A DNA stretch of 64,000 nucleotides from Synechococcus sp. (GCA_047285305.1 JBJBDL010000003.1:1248001-1312000), one strand, 5' to 3'; counted from the first letter of the stretch, positions 37,878-52,538 are shown. Translations and numbers: made by a program. The notes: generated by a model not told the origin, from the sequence alone.

Positions 37878-38369
37878 ATGCCCCTGGCCGTCGCTCTCAC
37901 GTCCGACATCGCCAAAAACGCTGGCGTTGCCTACGTTCACTACCTCAGCTTCATGCTCTGTTTCGCTGCCCTGGTGCTGGAGCGAAAGCTGATCAAAGCT
38001 GATCCGAATCGCCAGGAGGCCACGGCGATGGTGATCACCGACATCGTTTATGGAATCGCTGCCCTGGCACTTCTAGTTAGTGGAATCCTGCGGGTGATCC
38101 ACTTCGGCCAGGGGTCTGAGTTTTACACCCAGAATCCCTTGTTCTGGTGGAAGGTTGGTCTGTACCTCTCCGTGGGGGGCCTGTCGCTGTATCCCACGAT
38201 CACCTACATCCTCTGGGCGATTCCGCTGCGCAAGGGTGAGCTGCCGAAGGTGAGCGAAGCCCTGGCCAAGCGTCTGGCCTGGATCATCAACATTGAACTG
38301 GTCGGCTTCGCCAGCATTCCGTTGATGGCGACCCTGATGGCCCGCGGTGTGGGTCTTCCCGCCGCCTGA
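37878..38369 (+). CDS. DUF2214 family membrane protein
   Basis: HYLS, FYTQNPLFWWK, LMARGVG. Confidence 0.85.
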   Translation: MPLAVALTSDIAKNAGVAYVHYLSFMLCFAALVLERKLIKADPNRQEATAMVITDIVYGIAALALLVSGILRVIHFGQGSEFYTQNPLFWWKVGLYLSVGGLSLYPTITYILWAIPLRKGELPKVSEALAKRLAWIINIELVGFASIPLMATLMARGVGLPAA

Positions 38370-39034
38370 TGCAGCCCGAGCTCTGTCCTCCACAACAGCA
38401 GGTTCGAACCCTGCAGGTGGCGTTGGAACGCCAGCCTCCAGGCCAATGGCCGGGCTATGCCTCCTCCATCGCCACCACCTCCCTGGGCCCGCCGGTGTTG
38501 AAGCACTGGTGCGTGTGGGTTCAGCCCGCCGCCGCCACGCCGGTCAACCGCTGGGACCAACGCTGGCTTGATCAGGTGTCATCGGCGCTGACCACCTGGG
38601 GTGCACTGGTTCCGCTCACGCTGGTGGACAATCCGGACCAGGCCAACGTGTTGATTCATCGGCAGCGTCCGGCCCGCCGGCAGGTGTCTGGGGTGTGGCG
38701 CGCCAGCAACGGACGCACACAGCTTCAGGTTGTGGACGTGCAGCGCCAGGGCCGCCGAAGGCTTGAACCCCTGGTGAAGGTGATGGTGTCACCAGGGCTG
38801 CGAGCGGAAGCACTGCAGGCCACGGCTCTGCATGAACTGGGTCACGCCTTCGGCCTCTGGGGCCACAGTTCTGTTCCAACTGATGTTCTGGCGATCAGCC
38901 AAGGCGAGAGTCCGGTGTTGGTGCCATCGCAGCGGGATCGCCTCACGCTGGCGTGGGTCATGCAGCAGACCACCCGTTTCGGATCAACGCTGCGAAAGCC
39001 CATCGAACCGGCCGAATCTGAATCACTTGACTGA
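38369..39034 (+). CDS. Zinc metallopeptidase (matrixin-like)
   Basis: HELGHAFGLWGHS. Confidence 0.85.
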   Translation: MQPELCPPQQQVRTLQVALERQPPGQWPGYASSIATTSLGPPVLKHWCVWVQPAAATPVNRWDQRWLDQVSSALTTWGALVPLTLVDNPDQANVLIHRQRPARRQVSGVWRASNGRTQLQVVDVQRQGRRRLEPLVKVMVSPGLRAEALQATALHELGHAFGLWGHSSVPTDVLAISQGESPVLVPSQRDRLTLAWVMQQTTRFGSTLRKPIEPAESESLD

Positions 39035-39080
39035 CGTCACCATGCGGGCGCGGCATGCTGCCGGCAGTCGTGGTTGATCG

Positions 39081-39737
39081 ATGCACCTGGTCCGTTCTCT
39101 GGCGCTGGCTGGCCTGCTGCTGAGTCTGGTGGGTTGTCGTTCCAACAACAGCCTGCCCCAGCAGAACCCACAGGTTCGAGCACCGATTCGGATTCAGCTG
39201 GATGGCAGCAATCCAGCAGCCAGTGAAGGTGTGTTGGATCGTGCTGAGGGGCCGTTGCGTTTCACCGTTGGCCATGGTCGCCATGGCATTGCCTGTGAAG
39301 GCACCACCTTTGAAGAGGGCGTCACTCCGCTTGGAACCTTTCAGGTCAACGCAATCCTCAGCAACGACCGCTTCGAGATGGATCCCGCACTGGTGGAGCA
39401 ATCCGGCAAATCAGAAGAGGAGCTGCGCGAGACCCTCTTCACCAACATGAACTCCATCGACTTCAAAGGTGATGGGGAAACCGGGGAATACGGCATCGGT
39501 TACATCAGCCTGGCTCCTGTGCCCGCAACCGAGCAGCCCTTCCGTTTCAACACCTATGACGGCGTCTTCCGCTGGTACAGCTTCGCCATTCACGGCACCA
39601 ATGACGAGTCCCGGATCGGCAAGGCGGTGACCGGCGGTTGCATCAACGCCGGAAATCTCACCATGGGGGTGTTGTTGGACACCGTGGAGCTTGGCGATGA
39701 AGTTGTGATCAGCAGCGACAGCCCCTGTTTGCCTTAG
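39081..39737 (+). CDS. L,D-transpeptidase-like lipoprotein
   Basis: Lipobox LVGC, TPLG, AIHGT...TGGCI. Confidence 0.85.
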   Translation: MHLVRSLALAGLLLSLVGCRSNNSLPQQNPQVRAPIRIQLDGSNPAASEGVLDRAEGPLRFTVGHGRHGIACEGTTFEEGVTPLGTFQVNAILSNDRFEMDPALVEQSGKSEEELRETLFTNMNSIDFKGDGETGEYGIGYISLAPVPATEQPFRFNTYDGVFRWYSFAIHGTNDESRIGKAVTGGCINAGNLTMGVLLDTVELGDEVVISSDSPCLP

Positions 39738-40402
39738 TGCCGACGCGGGGCACCCCGTCGTGCGGCCAGCACTTCCTGCACCTGCCGCCAGCTCACACCG
39801 TGATGGGCCAGGGCCACCTGCATGTGGAAGACGATGTCCGCCGCTTCGCCGGCGATCTCGGCGGCGTTGTCGTCTTTGCAGGCCATCACGAATTCAGCAC
39901 TCTCCTCGCCGATTTTCTTGAGGATGCTGTTGTCTCCCCCCGCCAGCAGCTTGTTGGTGTAGCTGCCTTCCTCCGGTTTCTCGCGTCGCCCTTCGATCAC
40001 CCGGAACAGTTCGGTGCAAGCATCCGTTGGTGGCGCTAGGGCCTCGGCGCCACCTGTGGTTCGTGCATCGCTGTTTTCGTAGAAACAGCTGCGGGAGCCC
40101 GTGTGGCAGGCCACATCCCCAGCCTGCTCCACGGTCACCAGCAGCACGTCGGCATCGCAGTCGTAGCGGATCTCCCGCATCGTCTGGACGTGACCGCTGG
40201 TGGCCCCCTTGTGCCAAAGCTCCTGGCGTGAGCGGCTCCAGTAATGCACTTCACCGCTGCGCAGGGTGGCTTCGATGGCCTCCCGGTTCATCCAGGCCAC
40301 CATCAGCACCGCCCCGTCCAGCCAGTCCTGGGCCACAGCTGGAATCAGCCCCGCTTCGTTAAAACGGAGTTGGTCAATGAAGGCGGGGCTGAGGGGCTGC
40401 AT
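39734..40402 (-). CDS. hisIE: Phosphoribosyl-AMP cyclohydrolase / phosphoribosyl-ATP pyrophosphatase
   Basis: [28 protein letters not shown]. Confidence 0.95.
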   Translation of the reverse strand: MQPLSPAFIDQLRFNEAGLIPAVAQDWLDGAVLMVAWMNREAIEATLRSGEVHYWSRSRQELWHKGATSGHVQTMREIRYDCDADVLLVTVEQAGDVACHTGSRSCFYENSDARTTGGAEALAPPTDACTELFRVIEGRREKPEEGSYTNKLLAGGDNSILKKIGEESAEFVMACKDDNAAEIAGEAADIVFHMQVALAHHGVSWRQVQEVLAARRGAPRRH

Positions 40403-40469
40403 CAGGCCTCGGACATTCGGGCAACGCCTGAATCTTCCCGCAGCGTGCTCCATTCCGCGTATCCACCCC

Positions 40470-40946
40470 TTGCTCGTTTCTCCGACCCCCTACAGCTGCA
40501 GCAAAGCCTTCAGCGGCTATCCCTGCTGTCACCGGCAGTGGCGCCACCAGGGCCATTGCCGCTTCGTGCATGGCTACAGCCGCAGTTTCAACCTCTGGTT
40601 CGCCGCAACGGAGCTGGATGCCTGCGGGTTTGTTGTTGATTTCTCCAGCCTTCGCCCCTTCGAAGAACGCCTGAGGCAGCAGTTCGACCACACCTTTCTG
40701 GTCAATGCCGACGATCCACTGCTGGCGGAATGGCAGCGGCTGCATGACCTCCAGGCCATTGATCTCCGCGTGATGGAGAACGTGGGCATGGAGGCAACGG
40801 CGGCCTTGATCTGGACCTGGGCCAATGAGCTGCTGCAGGAGCGGGACGGCGGTCGCACCTGTTGCTTCGGCGTGGAGGCGCGGGAGAACAGCCGTAATGC
40901 GGCCACCTACAGCACTGTTCCCGCCTGGTTTTCAGCGCAGAGCTAA
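40470..40946 (+). CDS. queD: 6-carboxytetrahydropterin synthase
   Basis: [24 protein letters not shown]. Confidence 0.85.
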   Translation: MLVSPTPYSCSKAFSGYPCCHRQWRHQGHCRFVHGYSRSFNLWFAATELDACGFVVDFSSLRPFEERLRQQFDHTFLVNADDPLLAEWQRLHDLQAIDLRVMENVGMEATAALIWTWANELLQERDGGRTCCFGVEARENSRNAATYSTVPAWFSAQS

Positions 40947-43520
40947 CGCGTCCGCTTCCAGCTCCACGTTGATCGCCTGCCCTTCGCTGTAACGACCCGC
41001 CAGGATCTCTTTGGCAATGGGTGTCTCCAGTTCCCGTTGCACAGCGCGTTTCAGTGGTCGTGCCCCATAGACGGGGTCATATCCGGCATTGGCGAGCCAG
41101 TCGGCGGCTCCATCGCTCAGGCTGAGCTCCAGCTTGCGCTCAGCCAGCCGCTGGCGCAGGCGTTCCACCTGCAGCGTGACGATCTGGCGCAATTCCTCTC
41201 GCCTGAGGCTGTGGAAAATGATCTGATCGTCGAGGCGATTGAGGAATTCCGGCCGGAAATGGGCCCGGAGAGCGTCATTCACCCGGCTTTCTATCGCTCC
41301 ATGCTGCTCGGGATCGCCGGCCAGCTCCAGGATCGACTGGCTGCCGATGTTGCTGGTGAGAATCAGCACGGTGTTGGTGAAGTCCACGGTGCGGCCCTGC
41401 CCATCGGTGACACGGCCGTCATCGAGGATCTGCAACATCACGTTGAAGACATCCGGGTGGGCTTTCTCCACCTCGTCGAACAGGATCACGGCGTAGGGCC
41501 GACGACGCACCGCTTCGGTGAGCTGGCCACCGGCCTCGTACCCCACGTAGCCGGGAGGCGCCCCGATCAAACGGCTCACGGTGTGCTTCTCCATGTACTC
41601 CGACATGTCGATGCGAACCATGGCGTCATCGCTGTCGAACAGCCGGTTGGCGAGGGCTTTGGAGAGTTCCGTCTTGCCCACACCAGTGGGGCCGAGGAAC
41701 AGGAAGCTGGCGATGGGGCGGTTCGGATCGCTCAGCCCTGCCCTGGAACGTTGAATCGCATCGGCGACGGCGGTGACGGCCTGGTGCTGGCCGATCACCC
41801 GCTGATGCAGGTCATCCTCCAGCTGCAGCAGCTTCTCCATTTCGCTCTGCACCAGCCGCGCCACAGGGATTCCGGTCCACTTGGCGATCACCTCGGCGAT
41901 GTCGTCTTCACTCACCTCCTCCCGCAGCAAGCCTTTCTCGCCAGGCTCCTCTGAGGCGATCTGGGCTTCCTGTTCGAGCAACTGCTTCTGCAGCGAGGCC
42001 AGGGTGCCGTATTCCAGTTCCGCTGCTTTGTTCAGGTCGTAGCTGCGTTTGGCCTGTTCCACCTGCAGCTGCACCCGTTCGATCTCCTCCTTGAGCGACG
42101 ACAGCTCATCGATCGCTCCTTTCTCCTGCTGCCACTGGGCATTCAGGGAACTTTGCTGTTCGCCCAGTTCCGCCAGTTCCCGTTCAATCCGTTGCAAGCG
42201 TTCCTGGCTGGCGCTGTCGGATTCACGGCCGAGGGAGAGCTTCTCCATCTCCAGCTGCAGGATCTTGCGATCGATTTCATCGATCTCCTCCGGTTTGGAG
42301 GTGATCTCCATCTTGAGGCGGGCGGCCGACTCATCCACCAGATCGATGGCCTTGTCGGGCAGGAAGCGGTCGGCGATGTAGCGGCTGCTCAACACAGCAG
42401 CAGCCACCAGGGCACTGTCGGCAATGCGCACACCGTGATGCACCTCATAGCGCTCCTTCAGACCACGCAGGATGGAGATGGTGTCTTCCACCGTGGGTTG
42501 ATCCACCAGCACCTGCTGGAAGCGACGCTCCAAGGCGGGGTCCTTTTCGATGTGCTGGCGGTGCTCGTCGAGGGTGGTGGCGCCAATGCACCGCAGTTCC
42601 CCCCGGGCCAGCATCGGCTTGAGCAGATTGCTGGCATCCATGGCTCCACCGGTGGCGCCAGCGCCCACCACCGTGTGGATTTCATCGATGAACAGCACGA
42701 TCTGGCCTTCCGAGGCGGTGACCTCCTTGAGCACAGCTTTGAGCCGTTCCTCGAACTCACCGCGGTACTTCGCACCGGCGATCAAGGCTCCCATGTCGAG
42801 GGCGATGAGCTGACGGTTCTGCAAGGCCTGGGGCACATCGCCATTCACTATGCGCTGCGCCAATCCCTCAACAATGGCGGTCTTGCCGACCCCGGGTTCG
42901 CCGATCAGCACGGGGTTGTTTTTGGTGCGCCGGCTGAGGATCTGGATGGTGCGCCGGATCTCCTCGTCGCGACCGATCACCGGGTCCAGCTTTCCGTCAC
43001 GGGCGGCGGCCGTCAGGTCCCGTCCGTACTTCTCAAGCGATTCATAGGTCCCTTCCGGGTTTTGATCGGTCACCGTCTGGTTGCCTCGCACGGCTGTAAT
43101 GGCTTCTTTGAGTTTGCTGGTGTCAACGCCCGCTTGGCTGAGCAGTTGCCTGCCGCAGCGTTCATCGTCGGCCAGGGCCAGCAACAGATGTTCGATGGCG
43201 ATGTAGCTGTCACTGAAACCATCGCGGGCTGTTTCGGCGCGATCCAGGCAGCTGTTGAGGGAGCGTCCCAGAAACACCGATTCCGGTGGAGAGCCAAGAC
43301 TGGGCTGCTGCCTGAGATGGCTGTCGACGGCCGCCTGGAACGTGCCAACGTCGACCCCTGCTTTGCTGAGAATGCGTCCAGCCAGACCGTTCTGTTGCAA
43401 CAGCGCAAGCAGCAGATGCTCCGTTTCAAGTTGCTGATGCTTGGCGCTCTGCGCCAGTTGCTGGGCGGCGACGATGGCGGCCCAGGCTTGTTCGGTGAAC
43501 TGTTCCGCCGTGGGTTGCAT
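40932..43520 (-). CDS. clpB: Chaperone ClpB
   Basis: Two AAA+ domains plus coiled-coil middle domain, 862 aa. Confidence 0.97.
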   Translation of the reverse strand: MQPTAEQFTEQAWAAIVAAQQLAQSAKHQQLETEHLLLALLQQNGLAGRILSKAGVDVGTFQAAVDSHLRQQPSLGSPPESVFLGRSLNSCLDRAETARDGFSDSYIAIEHLLLALADDERCGRQLLSQAGVDTSKLKEAITAVRGNQTVTDQNPEGTYESLEKYGRDLTAAARDGKLDPVIGRDEEIRRTIQILSRRTKNNPVLIGEPGVGKTAIVEGLAQRIVNGDVPQALQNRQLIALDMGALIAGAKYRGEFEERLKAVLKEVTASEGQIVLFIDEIHTVVGAGATGGAMDASNLLKPMLARGELRCIGATTLDEHRQHIEKDPALERRFQQVLVDQPTVEDTISILRGLKERYEVHHGVRIADSALVAAAVLSSRYIADRFLPDKAIDLVDESAARLKMEITSKPEEIDEIDRKILQLEMEKLSLGRESDSASQERLQRIERELAELGEQQSSLNAQWQQEKGAIDELSSLKEEIERVQLQVEQAKRSYDLNKAAELEYGTLASLQKQLLEQEAQIASEEPGEKGLLREEVSEDDIAEVIAKWTGIPVARLVQSEMEKLLQLEDDLHQRVIGQHQAVTAVADAIQRSRAGLSDPNRPIASFLFLGPTGVGKTELSKALANRLFDSDDAMVRIDMSEYMEKHTVSRLIGAPPGYVGYEAGGQLTEAVRRRPYAVILFDEVEKAHPDVFNVMLQILDDGRVTDGQGRTVDFTNTVLILTSNIGSQSILELAGDPEQHGAIESRVNDALRAHFRPEFLNRLDDQIIFHSLRREELRQIVTLQVERLRQRLAERKLELSLSDGAADWLANAGYDPVYGARPLKRAVQRELETPIAKEILAGRYSEGQAINVELEADALALR

Positions 43521-43663
43521 CTCGGATGCGTTTCAACTGGGTTCACCGTATGGGGCTTGTTCCGTTTTCAGTGGGGGCAAACCGAAGCCTTTGGATCGGT
43601 CCCCACGCCAGGGAGCGGCAAACCGGGGTGTCTTTTTAGAGTTTGCCGAACCCTTGGATGCCA

Positions 43664-43873
43664 ATGCCTGATCAGCCGCTGGTGGACTCCCTCGTGCTGC
43701 AGGGCCTGGCGCTCGCAGCAACGGCTGGCGGTGAGCTGGAACGCAGCTGTTGGATGGTGGTGCATGAGCACCACCACGGTGTGAAACCCACGGAGTACGA
43801 CATCCGTGAGATCGACGAGGATCTCTATCTGGCTGTGTTGCAGGCGGCCAAGCAGGCCCAGTCCGCCGCTTGA
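43664..43873 (+). CDS. Conserved hypothetical protein
   Basis: CWMVVHEHHHG.KPTEYDIREID. Confidence 0.7.
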   Translation: MPDQPLVDSLVLQGLALAATAGGELERSCWMVVHEHHHGVKPTEYDIREIDEDLYLAVLQAAKQAQSAA

Positions 43874-44179
43874 TCAGCCGTTGAGCAGCTCCCGTAGGAG
43901 CGCGCGGTGAGCGTTTTCGGCTTCGATGGTCTCCCGCATCTCTTTGGGGAGGCGGGCCTCAAGGATGTCCTGTTTTTTCATCTCCGTGGCATAGCGGCTG
44001 CTGAACGCACTGAAGCGATCGAGATACGACGTTGCGGCCTCTGGGGTGAAGGCAATCACCTCCAGGGCATGTTTGAAGTGGAGGTAGGACGCGGTCCACT
44101 CCACCAGCTCGTCAAAACTCTGCAGGCCAAGCGGGTTCTCAGGAAGTGCCATCGCTGCATCGCCCATGGCTTCAACCAA
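43874..44179 (-). CDS. Conserved hypothetical protein
   Basis: 101 aa, translationally coupled within a run of minus-strand genes. Confidence 0.7.
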   Translation of the reverse strand: MVEAMGDAAMALPENPLGLQSFDELVEWTASYLHFKHALEVIAFTPEAATSYLDRFSAFSSRYATEMKKQDILEARLPKEMRETIEAENAHRALLRELLNG

Positions 44180-44567
44180 AACCCTTGGCCTTGGCCTGGG
44201 CCGTCAGGTCCTTCAACCGGCCGTTGAGCAGAACATCGCGTTCACGGTCTGCTCCCACATGGGGGGCGATCTCCACCCCAGCGCTCCGCATGGCCTGCAG
44301 CGCTGCTGCTTCCTCAGCTGAGCCTGTTTCACTGCTGAGGTAGCGGTCCACGGCGGCAGCCCCTGGGGCATCCACTGCGAAGTACACCGTTCCCGGACCT
44401 CGCCGCTCGATGGTTTGCTGTCGATGCCGGCGGCGCTGCTGCACGCTCGCCCAGAGTCGGCCTTGATTGGCGGTCATGAAGGCGTTCAGATCCGCGGCAT
44501 CGGTGTCTTCCGCCAGGGCCATGCTGGTGCCGTCGATGAAATCACTAAGCAGGGTGACAACGGCCAT
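44172..44567 (-). CDS. Conserved hypothetical protein
   Basis: 131 aa, coupled to its neighbours. Confidence 0.7.
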   Translation of the reverse strand: MAVVTLLSDFIDGTSMALAEDTDAADLNAFMTANQGRLWASVQQRRRHRQQTIERRGPGTVYFAVDAPGAAAVDRYLSSETGSAEEAAALQAMRSAGVEIAPHVGADRERDVLLNGRLKDLTAQAKAKGFG

Positions 44568-44824
44568 CAGGTCTTTGGTGATTGCGGGGGTGTTGATTCG
44601 GAGGGTGTTGATTTAAAAGAGCGTTGTATTCGGCTGGTTTCGAACCAGCTGGTGATGGCTGATTCGCGGGCGTCGTCGCAGAGATCCCGCTGGATCACAT
44701 TGAAGCCGTGGCGGCGTGCCAGGGCCAACAACTGATCGTCATCACGGCATTGGGCCGCATCACTCCGCAAGCCTTGGTGGTGCTCCACAGCCCGCAGAAA
44801 ATCCCGAAGAGCTTCACGACTCAT
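44567..44824 (-). CDS. Nif11-like leader peptide domain protein
   Basis: MSREALRDFL..V...LR...LLALARRHGF. Confidence 0.75.
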   Translation of the reverse strand: MSREALRDFLRAVEHHQGLRSDAAQCRDDDQLLALARRHGFNVIQRDLCDDARESAITSWFETSRIQRSFKSTPSESTPPQSPKT

Positions 44825-45198
44825 CGCCTGGACCAGCCCAATTCGGCCCGTTGTTCAACGTAGGTGGCTACCGCCATGATCTCCTCCTCACTCAGTTTGT
44901 CGGCATAGCTGGGCATGGCATTCAGCCCATCCTCGATCTCATGCTCCAGAGCCTCCAGCGGGGAACTGGAGTAGGCCTCTACATGGTCGTTCAAGTCGCT
45001 GATCTTCAGCGTTCGGTTGGCGCGGATCACATTGCCGCCCCCCATGTGACAGGCCGCACAGTTGCTGTTGAAAATTTGCTCACCTCGCTCCAAGGCGGAG
45101 TTTTCCATCGTGTCAATCGCCATCGCCGGAGCAGGCAGCAGGCCTGTTGCGCCAACGATCAACAGCAACGTCAGGATCAGGCCTGATAGGCGTGCCAT
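44821..45198 (-). CDS. petJ: Cytochrome c6
   Basis: CAACHMGGGNVI, G.NAMP. Confidence 0.88.
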   Translation of the reverse strand: MARLSGLILTLLLIVGATGLLPAPAMAIDTMENSALERGEQIFNSNCAACHMGGGNVIRANRTLKISDLNDHVEAYSSSPLEALEHEIEDGLNAMPSYADKLSEEEIMAVATYVEQRAELGWSRR

Positions 45199-45331
45199 CG
45201 CAACCCCCCTCAATGCCCCAAGCTATCCATCGTTGCCGGCAAAAAAAAGAACCCCGGTCTGTGGTTGATACACAGCCCGGGGCTTGAAGTTCAGTTAGAG
45301 ATTTTCAGAGATTTTCTCAGAAATCCAGAAA

Positions 45332-45691
45332 TCACTCAACGATCACCTTGCCGACCATGCCAGCACCCCGGTGGGGCTCGCAGTAGAAGTCGTAGGTGCC
45401 AGCGGTGGAGAAGGTTTCCTCCCAGGATTCGCCGGGGTTGAAGGCGAGATCAGAGTGGCTGTATTCGTCGTGGCCTTCGAAAACAGCGTTGTGAGGAGCC
45501 AGTTTGTTGTTGACGAACTTGACGGTATCGCCGGCCTTGATGTTCACGGTGGCGGGCTCGAAGGCGAGCATTCCGCCGTCGGTGCCGAGCTTCACTTCAA
45601 CAGTGGCGGCTTGAGCGCTGCCTACGTTGAGGCCGATCAGCATCAGGAAGGCGCAGCAGGCGGCTGCAATGGTGCGGATGACGGAGCGCAT
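45332..45691 (-). CDS. petE: Plastocyanin
   Basis: PHN...[10 protein letters not shown]. Confidence 0.96.
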   Translation of the reverse strand: MRSVIRTIAAACCAFLMLIGLNVGSAQAATVEVKLGTDGGMLAFEPATVNIKAGDTVKFVNNKLAPHNAVFEGHDEYSHSDLAFNPGESWEETFSTAGTYDFYCEPHRGAGMVGKVIVE

Positions 45692-45698
45692 GAAAGTG

Positions 45699-46718
45699 CT
45701 AGGTCGATGTATTGACCTTACGCGCGGGTCTGGGGGTTCCGCGGTTGGGTAAGCCGGAATCGCTAAGAACTGTTGCCAAGTCAGGGGCATGGCTGCTGCC
45801 CCCGAAACGTTCCGGCTGCGTCACCGGGTCATGAATGAAGTGGCGCTGGCGAATGCTGAACCGGTCCCAGGTATTCACTTCGATCGGCAGAACGCGGATC
45901 AGGGTCTCAATCAGCCATGGCCAGAGCGGAATGCCGGGTGTTCGGGCCACACCGCGCCAGCGGCATAGGGTTTTCACGGTGTCGTTCACCGAGATGACCG
46001 GTTGTCCCATCACCACCCGGCGCAGGGCGCCTTGCCCTGGTTCTCGGTTCGGTTCATGGGGGCGTGTGGCCAAGAGGCCACAGATGCGGGCGATGTCTTC
46101 CGCATGGATGAAGTGGAAGCTCGCATCCACTCGAAGCCAGCGGGCCAGCCAGAGCCAACGGCTGGCTTCAGCCAAACCTTCGGTGAGATAGCTGGTGGGG
46201 AAGGAGCTGGTGCCGTCGACCCGTCCCCCGAAAACCAAGGTGGGAAACACCGCCACGACTTTGCTGGCCAGGGGGTGCTGTTCAAGATCCCTGAGGCAGC
46301 GAGCCTTGGTTTGGATGTATTCCGTGCCGTAGGCCAGAGCTTCCGGCAGGGGGCGCAGGTGCCGGTCGAGCACGCTGGCCGTTGAAAAGTAAATGATTTG
46401 CTCCAGCTTGCTGGGATCCAGAAGCGACAGCATCTGTTTCACTGCCACCACATTCACCTGTTCGGCCCGCTCGGGGTCACCCCAGGCCGTGGCGGTGTGA
46501 ATCACCCGGTTCACCGAGGCCAGCTCTTGGGCAAAACGGTCGGTGTCCCGCAGGTCCCCCACCAATAGGCGGATGCGGGGATGGTCTGCTGGAACAGCGG
46601 TGAGTTTGGCTGGGTCCCTCAGCCAGAGCAGCAGCTCTGCATCCGAGTGGTCCAGAAGCCACCTGGAGATGTACTGACCGACGCATCCGCTGGCGCCGGT
46701 CACCAGGATGCGGGTCAA
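45699..46718 (-). CDS. NAD-dependent epimerase/dehydratase
   Basis: [13 protein letters not shown]. Confidence 0.85.
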   Translation of the reverse strand: MTRILVTGASGCVGQYISRWLLDHSDAELLLWLRDPAKLTAVPADHPRIRLLVGDLRDTDRFAQELASVNRVIHTATAWGDPERAEQVNVVAVKQMLSLLDPSKLEQIIYFSTASVLDRHLRPLPEALAYGTEYIQTKARCLRDLEQHPLASKVVAVFPTLVFGGRVDGTSSFPTSYLTEGLAEASRWLWLARWLRVDASFHFIHAEDIARICGLLATRPHEPNREPGQGALRRVVMGQPVISVNDTVKTLCRWRGVARTPGIPLWPWLIETLIRVLPIEVNTWDRFSIRQRHFIHDPVTQPERFGGSSHAPDLATVLSDSGLPNRGTPRPARKVNTST

Positions 46719-47776
46719 ACGAAAGCCCCGAGACGGTCCATCACGCTCTTGCCGGCCCTGAAGAAGGCTTCACCATTCTCTTCCGGTGTACCCGGCAGTA
46801 TTCCATGGCCGAGGTTGAGGATGTGCTTGCGGCCGCGGGCCTTGCGCACACAGTCATCGATGCGGGCCTCAATCGCCTCCGGGGTGCCGAACAGCAGGCC
46901 GGGATCCACGTTGCCCTGAACACCAACGTGCTCCGGCAGACGTGCCAGGGCTTCGGCCATGTCCACGGTCCAATCCAGCGAAACGATGTCAACACCGGTG
47001 TTGGCCATCCGTTCGATCACGCCGGCGCTGCCGGAGATGTAGAGGATGAAGGGGGTGTCGGGGTGCGTCTGCTTGACCAAATCCACCACCTTCTTCTGGT
47101 AAGGCGCAGCGAAGGTGTCGTAGTCCGCTGGGCTCAGCTGGCCCGCCCAGGAATCAAACATCTGAACCACCTGGGCGCCGGAATCAATCTGATAGCGCAG
47201 GTACTGGGCGATCGACTCGGCGAAGTGGTCGAGCAGCTTGTGGAGGATCTCGGGTTCGCGAAAGGCCATGGCCTTGATCACCGCGTAGTTCTTGCTGCTC
47301 TTGCCCTCCACCACGTAGGCGGCCAGGGTCCAGGGGGCACCAACGAAGCCGAGAACAGCTGCTTCGTTGCCAACGCTTTGGCGCAGACGACCCAGCACTT
47401 CACCCACAAAGGGCATCGAATCGGCGGGGTTGAGGGGGCGCAGGGCATCTACCTGGGCCATGCTCCGGATTGGATCGCCGATCTGGGGGCCTTTGCTCTC
47501 GATGATGTCGAAATCGATTCCCATCCCCGGCAGGGGCGTGAGGATGTCAGAGAACAGGATCACTCCATCGGGCTTGAAGGCGTGAAACGGCTGCATTGAG
47601 ATCTCATAGGAGAGATCAGGATTTTCGGAACGCTCACGGAAGCTGGGGTACTTGTCCCGCAGGTCCCGGTAGATCTTCATGTAGCGACCGGCTTGGCGCA
47701 TCATCCACACCGGAGGACGCTCCACCGATTCACCGCGCGCAGCACGCAGGAGCAGGGGTAAAGAGTCGCTCATCAA
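46715..47776 (-). CDS. hemE: Uroporphyrinogen decarboxylase
   Basis: [22 protein letters not shown]. Confidence 0.96.
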   Translation of the reverse strand: MMSDSLPLLLRAARGESVERPPVWMMRQAGRYMKIYRDLRDKYPSFRERSENPDLSYEISMQPFHAFKPDGVILFSDILTPLPGMGIDFDIIESKGPQIGDPIRSMAQVDALRPLNPADSMPFVGEVLGRLRQSVGNEAAVLGFVGAPWTLAAYVVEGKSSKNYAVIKAMAFREPEILHKLLDHFAESIAQYLRYQIDSGAQVVQMFDSWAGQLSPADYDTFAAPYQKKVVDLVKQTHPDTPFILYISGSAGVIERMANTGVDIVSLDWTVDMAEALARLPEHVGVQGNVDPGLLFGTPEAIEARIDDCVRKARGRKHILNLGHGILPGTPEENGEAFFRAGKSVMDRLGAFV

Positions 47777-47854
47777 GCCCGGTCAGGTCAGCCGGAAACC
47801 TACCTGAATTGAGGCCTTGCCTAGAGCTTTACCCCCTCTTTGTCATCACGTTCG

Positions 47855-50152
<2,298 letters not shown>

Positions 50153-50212
50153 GGGAGATCTGAGAATTGGGCGCGATGTTAAGCCCGATTTACGAAACAG
50201 ATCCGCTGTTGA

Positions 50213-50923
50213 TTAGACGAAGTCTCGGGAAATGTCGACGTTGATGATCCGACCGCTTGCGTCAAAGATCACGAACAGGTTGGTTGTGGCCTGGCCGAAG
50301 GCGACAGCCAGCAGCACGAGCTGCTGATCGCCGCCTTGATGGTCGATCGGAGCGTCCTTGACCCTGCGTAAACAACCTGACACCTGGCTGAGCTTGGTCC
50401 ATTTGCGTTCCAGGTCTCCTGGGGCCAGTTCCTCCTGGAGTTGAAGGGAAATCTTGGATCGCGCGGCAATCCAGCGTCCTGCTGCCAGCTCCCTGGTGAA
50501 GTCGAGGGCCGTTGTTTTGATCGGCTGGATCCGGTCGCTCCGCTTCCAGGCGAGGAGTTTGCCGTCCTCATCCAGCACCATCAGCATCACTTCGTCACCC
50601 CATGCAGTGGTCACCACAGCATCAATGGTTGTTGTGTTGAAGCCAGGAGTCAGGCTGACAACGCGGGTTGCATCAATGGCCGCGCCTTGGTCCAGGCGTG
50701 CCTGGACGCTCTTCACATCAACACTGGTCTTAACATGGGCTGCGAGAGCGTCATGCATGACGTCTCTTTGGCGGTTTTTGAGCGCCTCCACCAGCAGTTC
50801 AGCCGCTGCTCCTGCTTGGGCTGGGGTGAGTTCGGTTCTGGTGAGTTGCTCCGCTTATGCGGGACTGATCAACCCCATGGGACCCGACAAAGCGATGGCC
50901 AGCAGGGCAGCGGAGAGCTTCAA
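50213..50923 (-). pseudogene. DUF3887-like exported protein with an in-frame stop in the signal peptide
   Basis: TTG-KLSAALLAIALSGPMGLISPA*AEQLT..., TAA at 50855-50857; frame otherwise open. Confidence 0.65.
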
Positions 50924-50933
50924 AGCCCAAACG

Positions 50934-52538
50934 TCAGTCGAGCTTCAATCTGCCGGAATCAAAGGGGTTCAGCTGAAGGGTGGAGTCAGCAAGTTTCAGT
51001 GTCAGCGTCACCACACGATGCTCCGCGCTTGGTGCTCCGCAGGGCACGGCATCGTGGCCAGGGTTGACGCCAATGGCGGGCCACGATGCTGCGGCAACGG
51101 AGAGCCTCAGTCGATCGCCACAAGCCAGGCTCGCGTGCAGCGGCTGGAGGGTCACGCTGCGCCTGGCTCGCTGCAACGCCTCCTCACCGCGAACCCGTAC
51201 GACTCCCGTGCTCAGTTGTTCAACGCTTTTGGCTTCCGCGGGCAGGCGCGACAGGCTGATGCAGAGATCAAACCCGGGCTGGTCCGCTTCGGCGTCCAGC
51301 AGGAGGTTCGGTTGACCTGACAGCAGCAGCTCATCGACCAGGGGTGCGGTGGTGAATGTCGCGACGTCGCTGCGTTGATCCACGGCCGTGCGCTCCGCCG
51401 GCCCAGGGGTTGTCCCGAGGTGTCCACCGATGGCCGGCACCGGTCGCCAGGGGTCATGAACAATGACCACGCTGCCTTCTCCTTCTCCATCCGCCACAAG
51501 GGCACCGTCGCTTGGGTCGATGCAGGCCAGTCCATGGCTGCGCAGTCCCCATGACGCTGATCTGCCCGTGGCGGGTGCGGGGATCGCTTCCCACTGATGC
51601 TGGGTGATGTTCCAGAGCTGTTGGTTGGGCTTCGGCTCCTGCGGGGGGCGATCCTGCAAATGCTGTTGGAAGAACTGAAGCATTAGCTGCTGGGTTTCAG
51701 GCCACCACTGAAGATGGGAGGCTGGCCCGATGTGCAGGGATGGCTGCCCGCCGGCCACCTGGCTGCGATGCCAGAGGTCCAGTAGACCCACCAGATGTGG
51801 ATCCCACCATCCACCGATCAACAGCATCGGCCGCTGAAGCCAGCTCTCCGGGGCGTGATGAACCGTCCACTGCTGATCGTTGCTGGGGTCGCTTCTCAAC
51901 CAGCTCCAGGCCATGCCTTCGGGATCATGGCGCTCCAGCAGGGTTGGTCCGTCCCGCAGATAGCGGTTGTCTTCAAGGCTTCGGCGGATCTCCAGCCAGG
52001 CCGTTGCATCTCCGCGTCGCTGGGCCTGGAGGCCCGCCAGCTGCAGCCCCCAGCCAAGGCCGAGGTGCCACCAGTGGGCACCGCCTTCACAGCTCCAATG
52101 GCGTCGTTCGTCCAGGCCGGTCATCGCTGGAGCGGTGCACTCCGGCGGTTGGGCCGACTCAGCTGCGGTGAGCTGGGTCAGGCCCTGATACGAAAACCCG
52201 TAGACCCCCAGGCGTCCATTGCATTCCGGCAGCTGTCGCACCCAGGCATGGGTGGCGGTGGTGTCGGCTGCTTCCTGACCAAATCCCCGGAAACATCCCT
52301 CCGACTCCCCTTGCCCTCGTACGTCCTGAACGACCACCAGGAAGCCATGGGAAGCCCACCAACTGGGGTGGGCGTAGGTGACTGTTGAGGCGATGCGGCT
52401 CCCGTACGGCTGCCGCATCAGCAGGGCAGGCCAGGGGCCTTTGCCGCTGGGGTGCCACATCCGTGACCGCAGCACCACGCCATCGGCCAACTTCAGCGCT
52501 GCAGACCGGCAGGCAATTCCGCTTGTCTCAGCGGACAT
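50934..52538 (-). CDS. CocE/NonD family hydrolase
   Basis: RQPYG, QDVRG.G.SEG, GFSYQG, GGWWD. Confidence 0.9.
   Translation of the reverse strand: MSAETSGIACRSAALKLADGVVLRSRMWHPSGKGPWPALLMRQPYGSRIASTVTYAHPSWWASHGFLVVVQDVRGQGESEGCFRGFGQEAADTTATHAWVRQLPECNGRLGVYGFSYQGLTQLTAAESAQPPECTAPAMTGLDERRHWSCEGGAHWWHLGLGWGLQLAGLQAQRRGDATAWLEIRRSLEDNRYLRDGPTLLERHDPEGMAWSWLRSDPSNDQQWTVHHAPESWLQRPMLLIGGWWDPHLVGLLDLWHRSQVAGGQPSLHIGPASHLQWWPETQQLMLQFFQQHLQDRPPQEPKPNQQLWNITQHQWEAIPAPATGRSASWGLRSHGLACIDPSDGALVADGEGEGSVVIVHDPWRPVPAIGGHLGTTPGPAERTAVDQRSDVATFTTAPLVDELLLSGQPNLLLDAEADQPGFDLCISLSRLPAEAKSVEQLSTGVVRVRGEEALQRARRSVTLQPLHASLACGDRLRLSVAAASWPAIGVNPGHDAVPCGAPSAEHRVVTLTLKLADSTLQLNPFDSGRLKLD

Noticed and set aside
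41037..43784. Long antisense ORFs opposite clpB (similar ones opposite dnaA, gor and proA)
   Set aside because: These are shadow frames caused by GC-rich codon bias in real genes.
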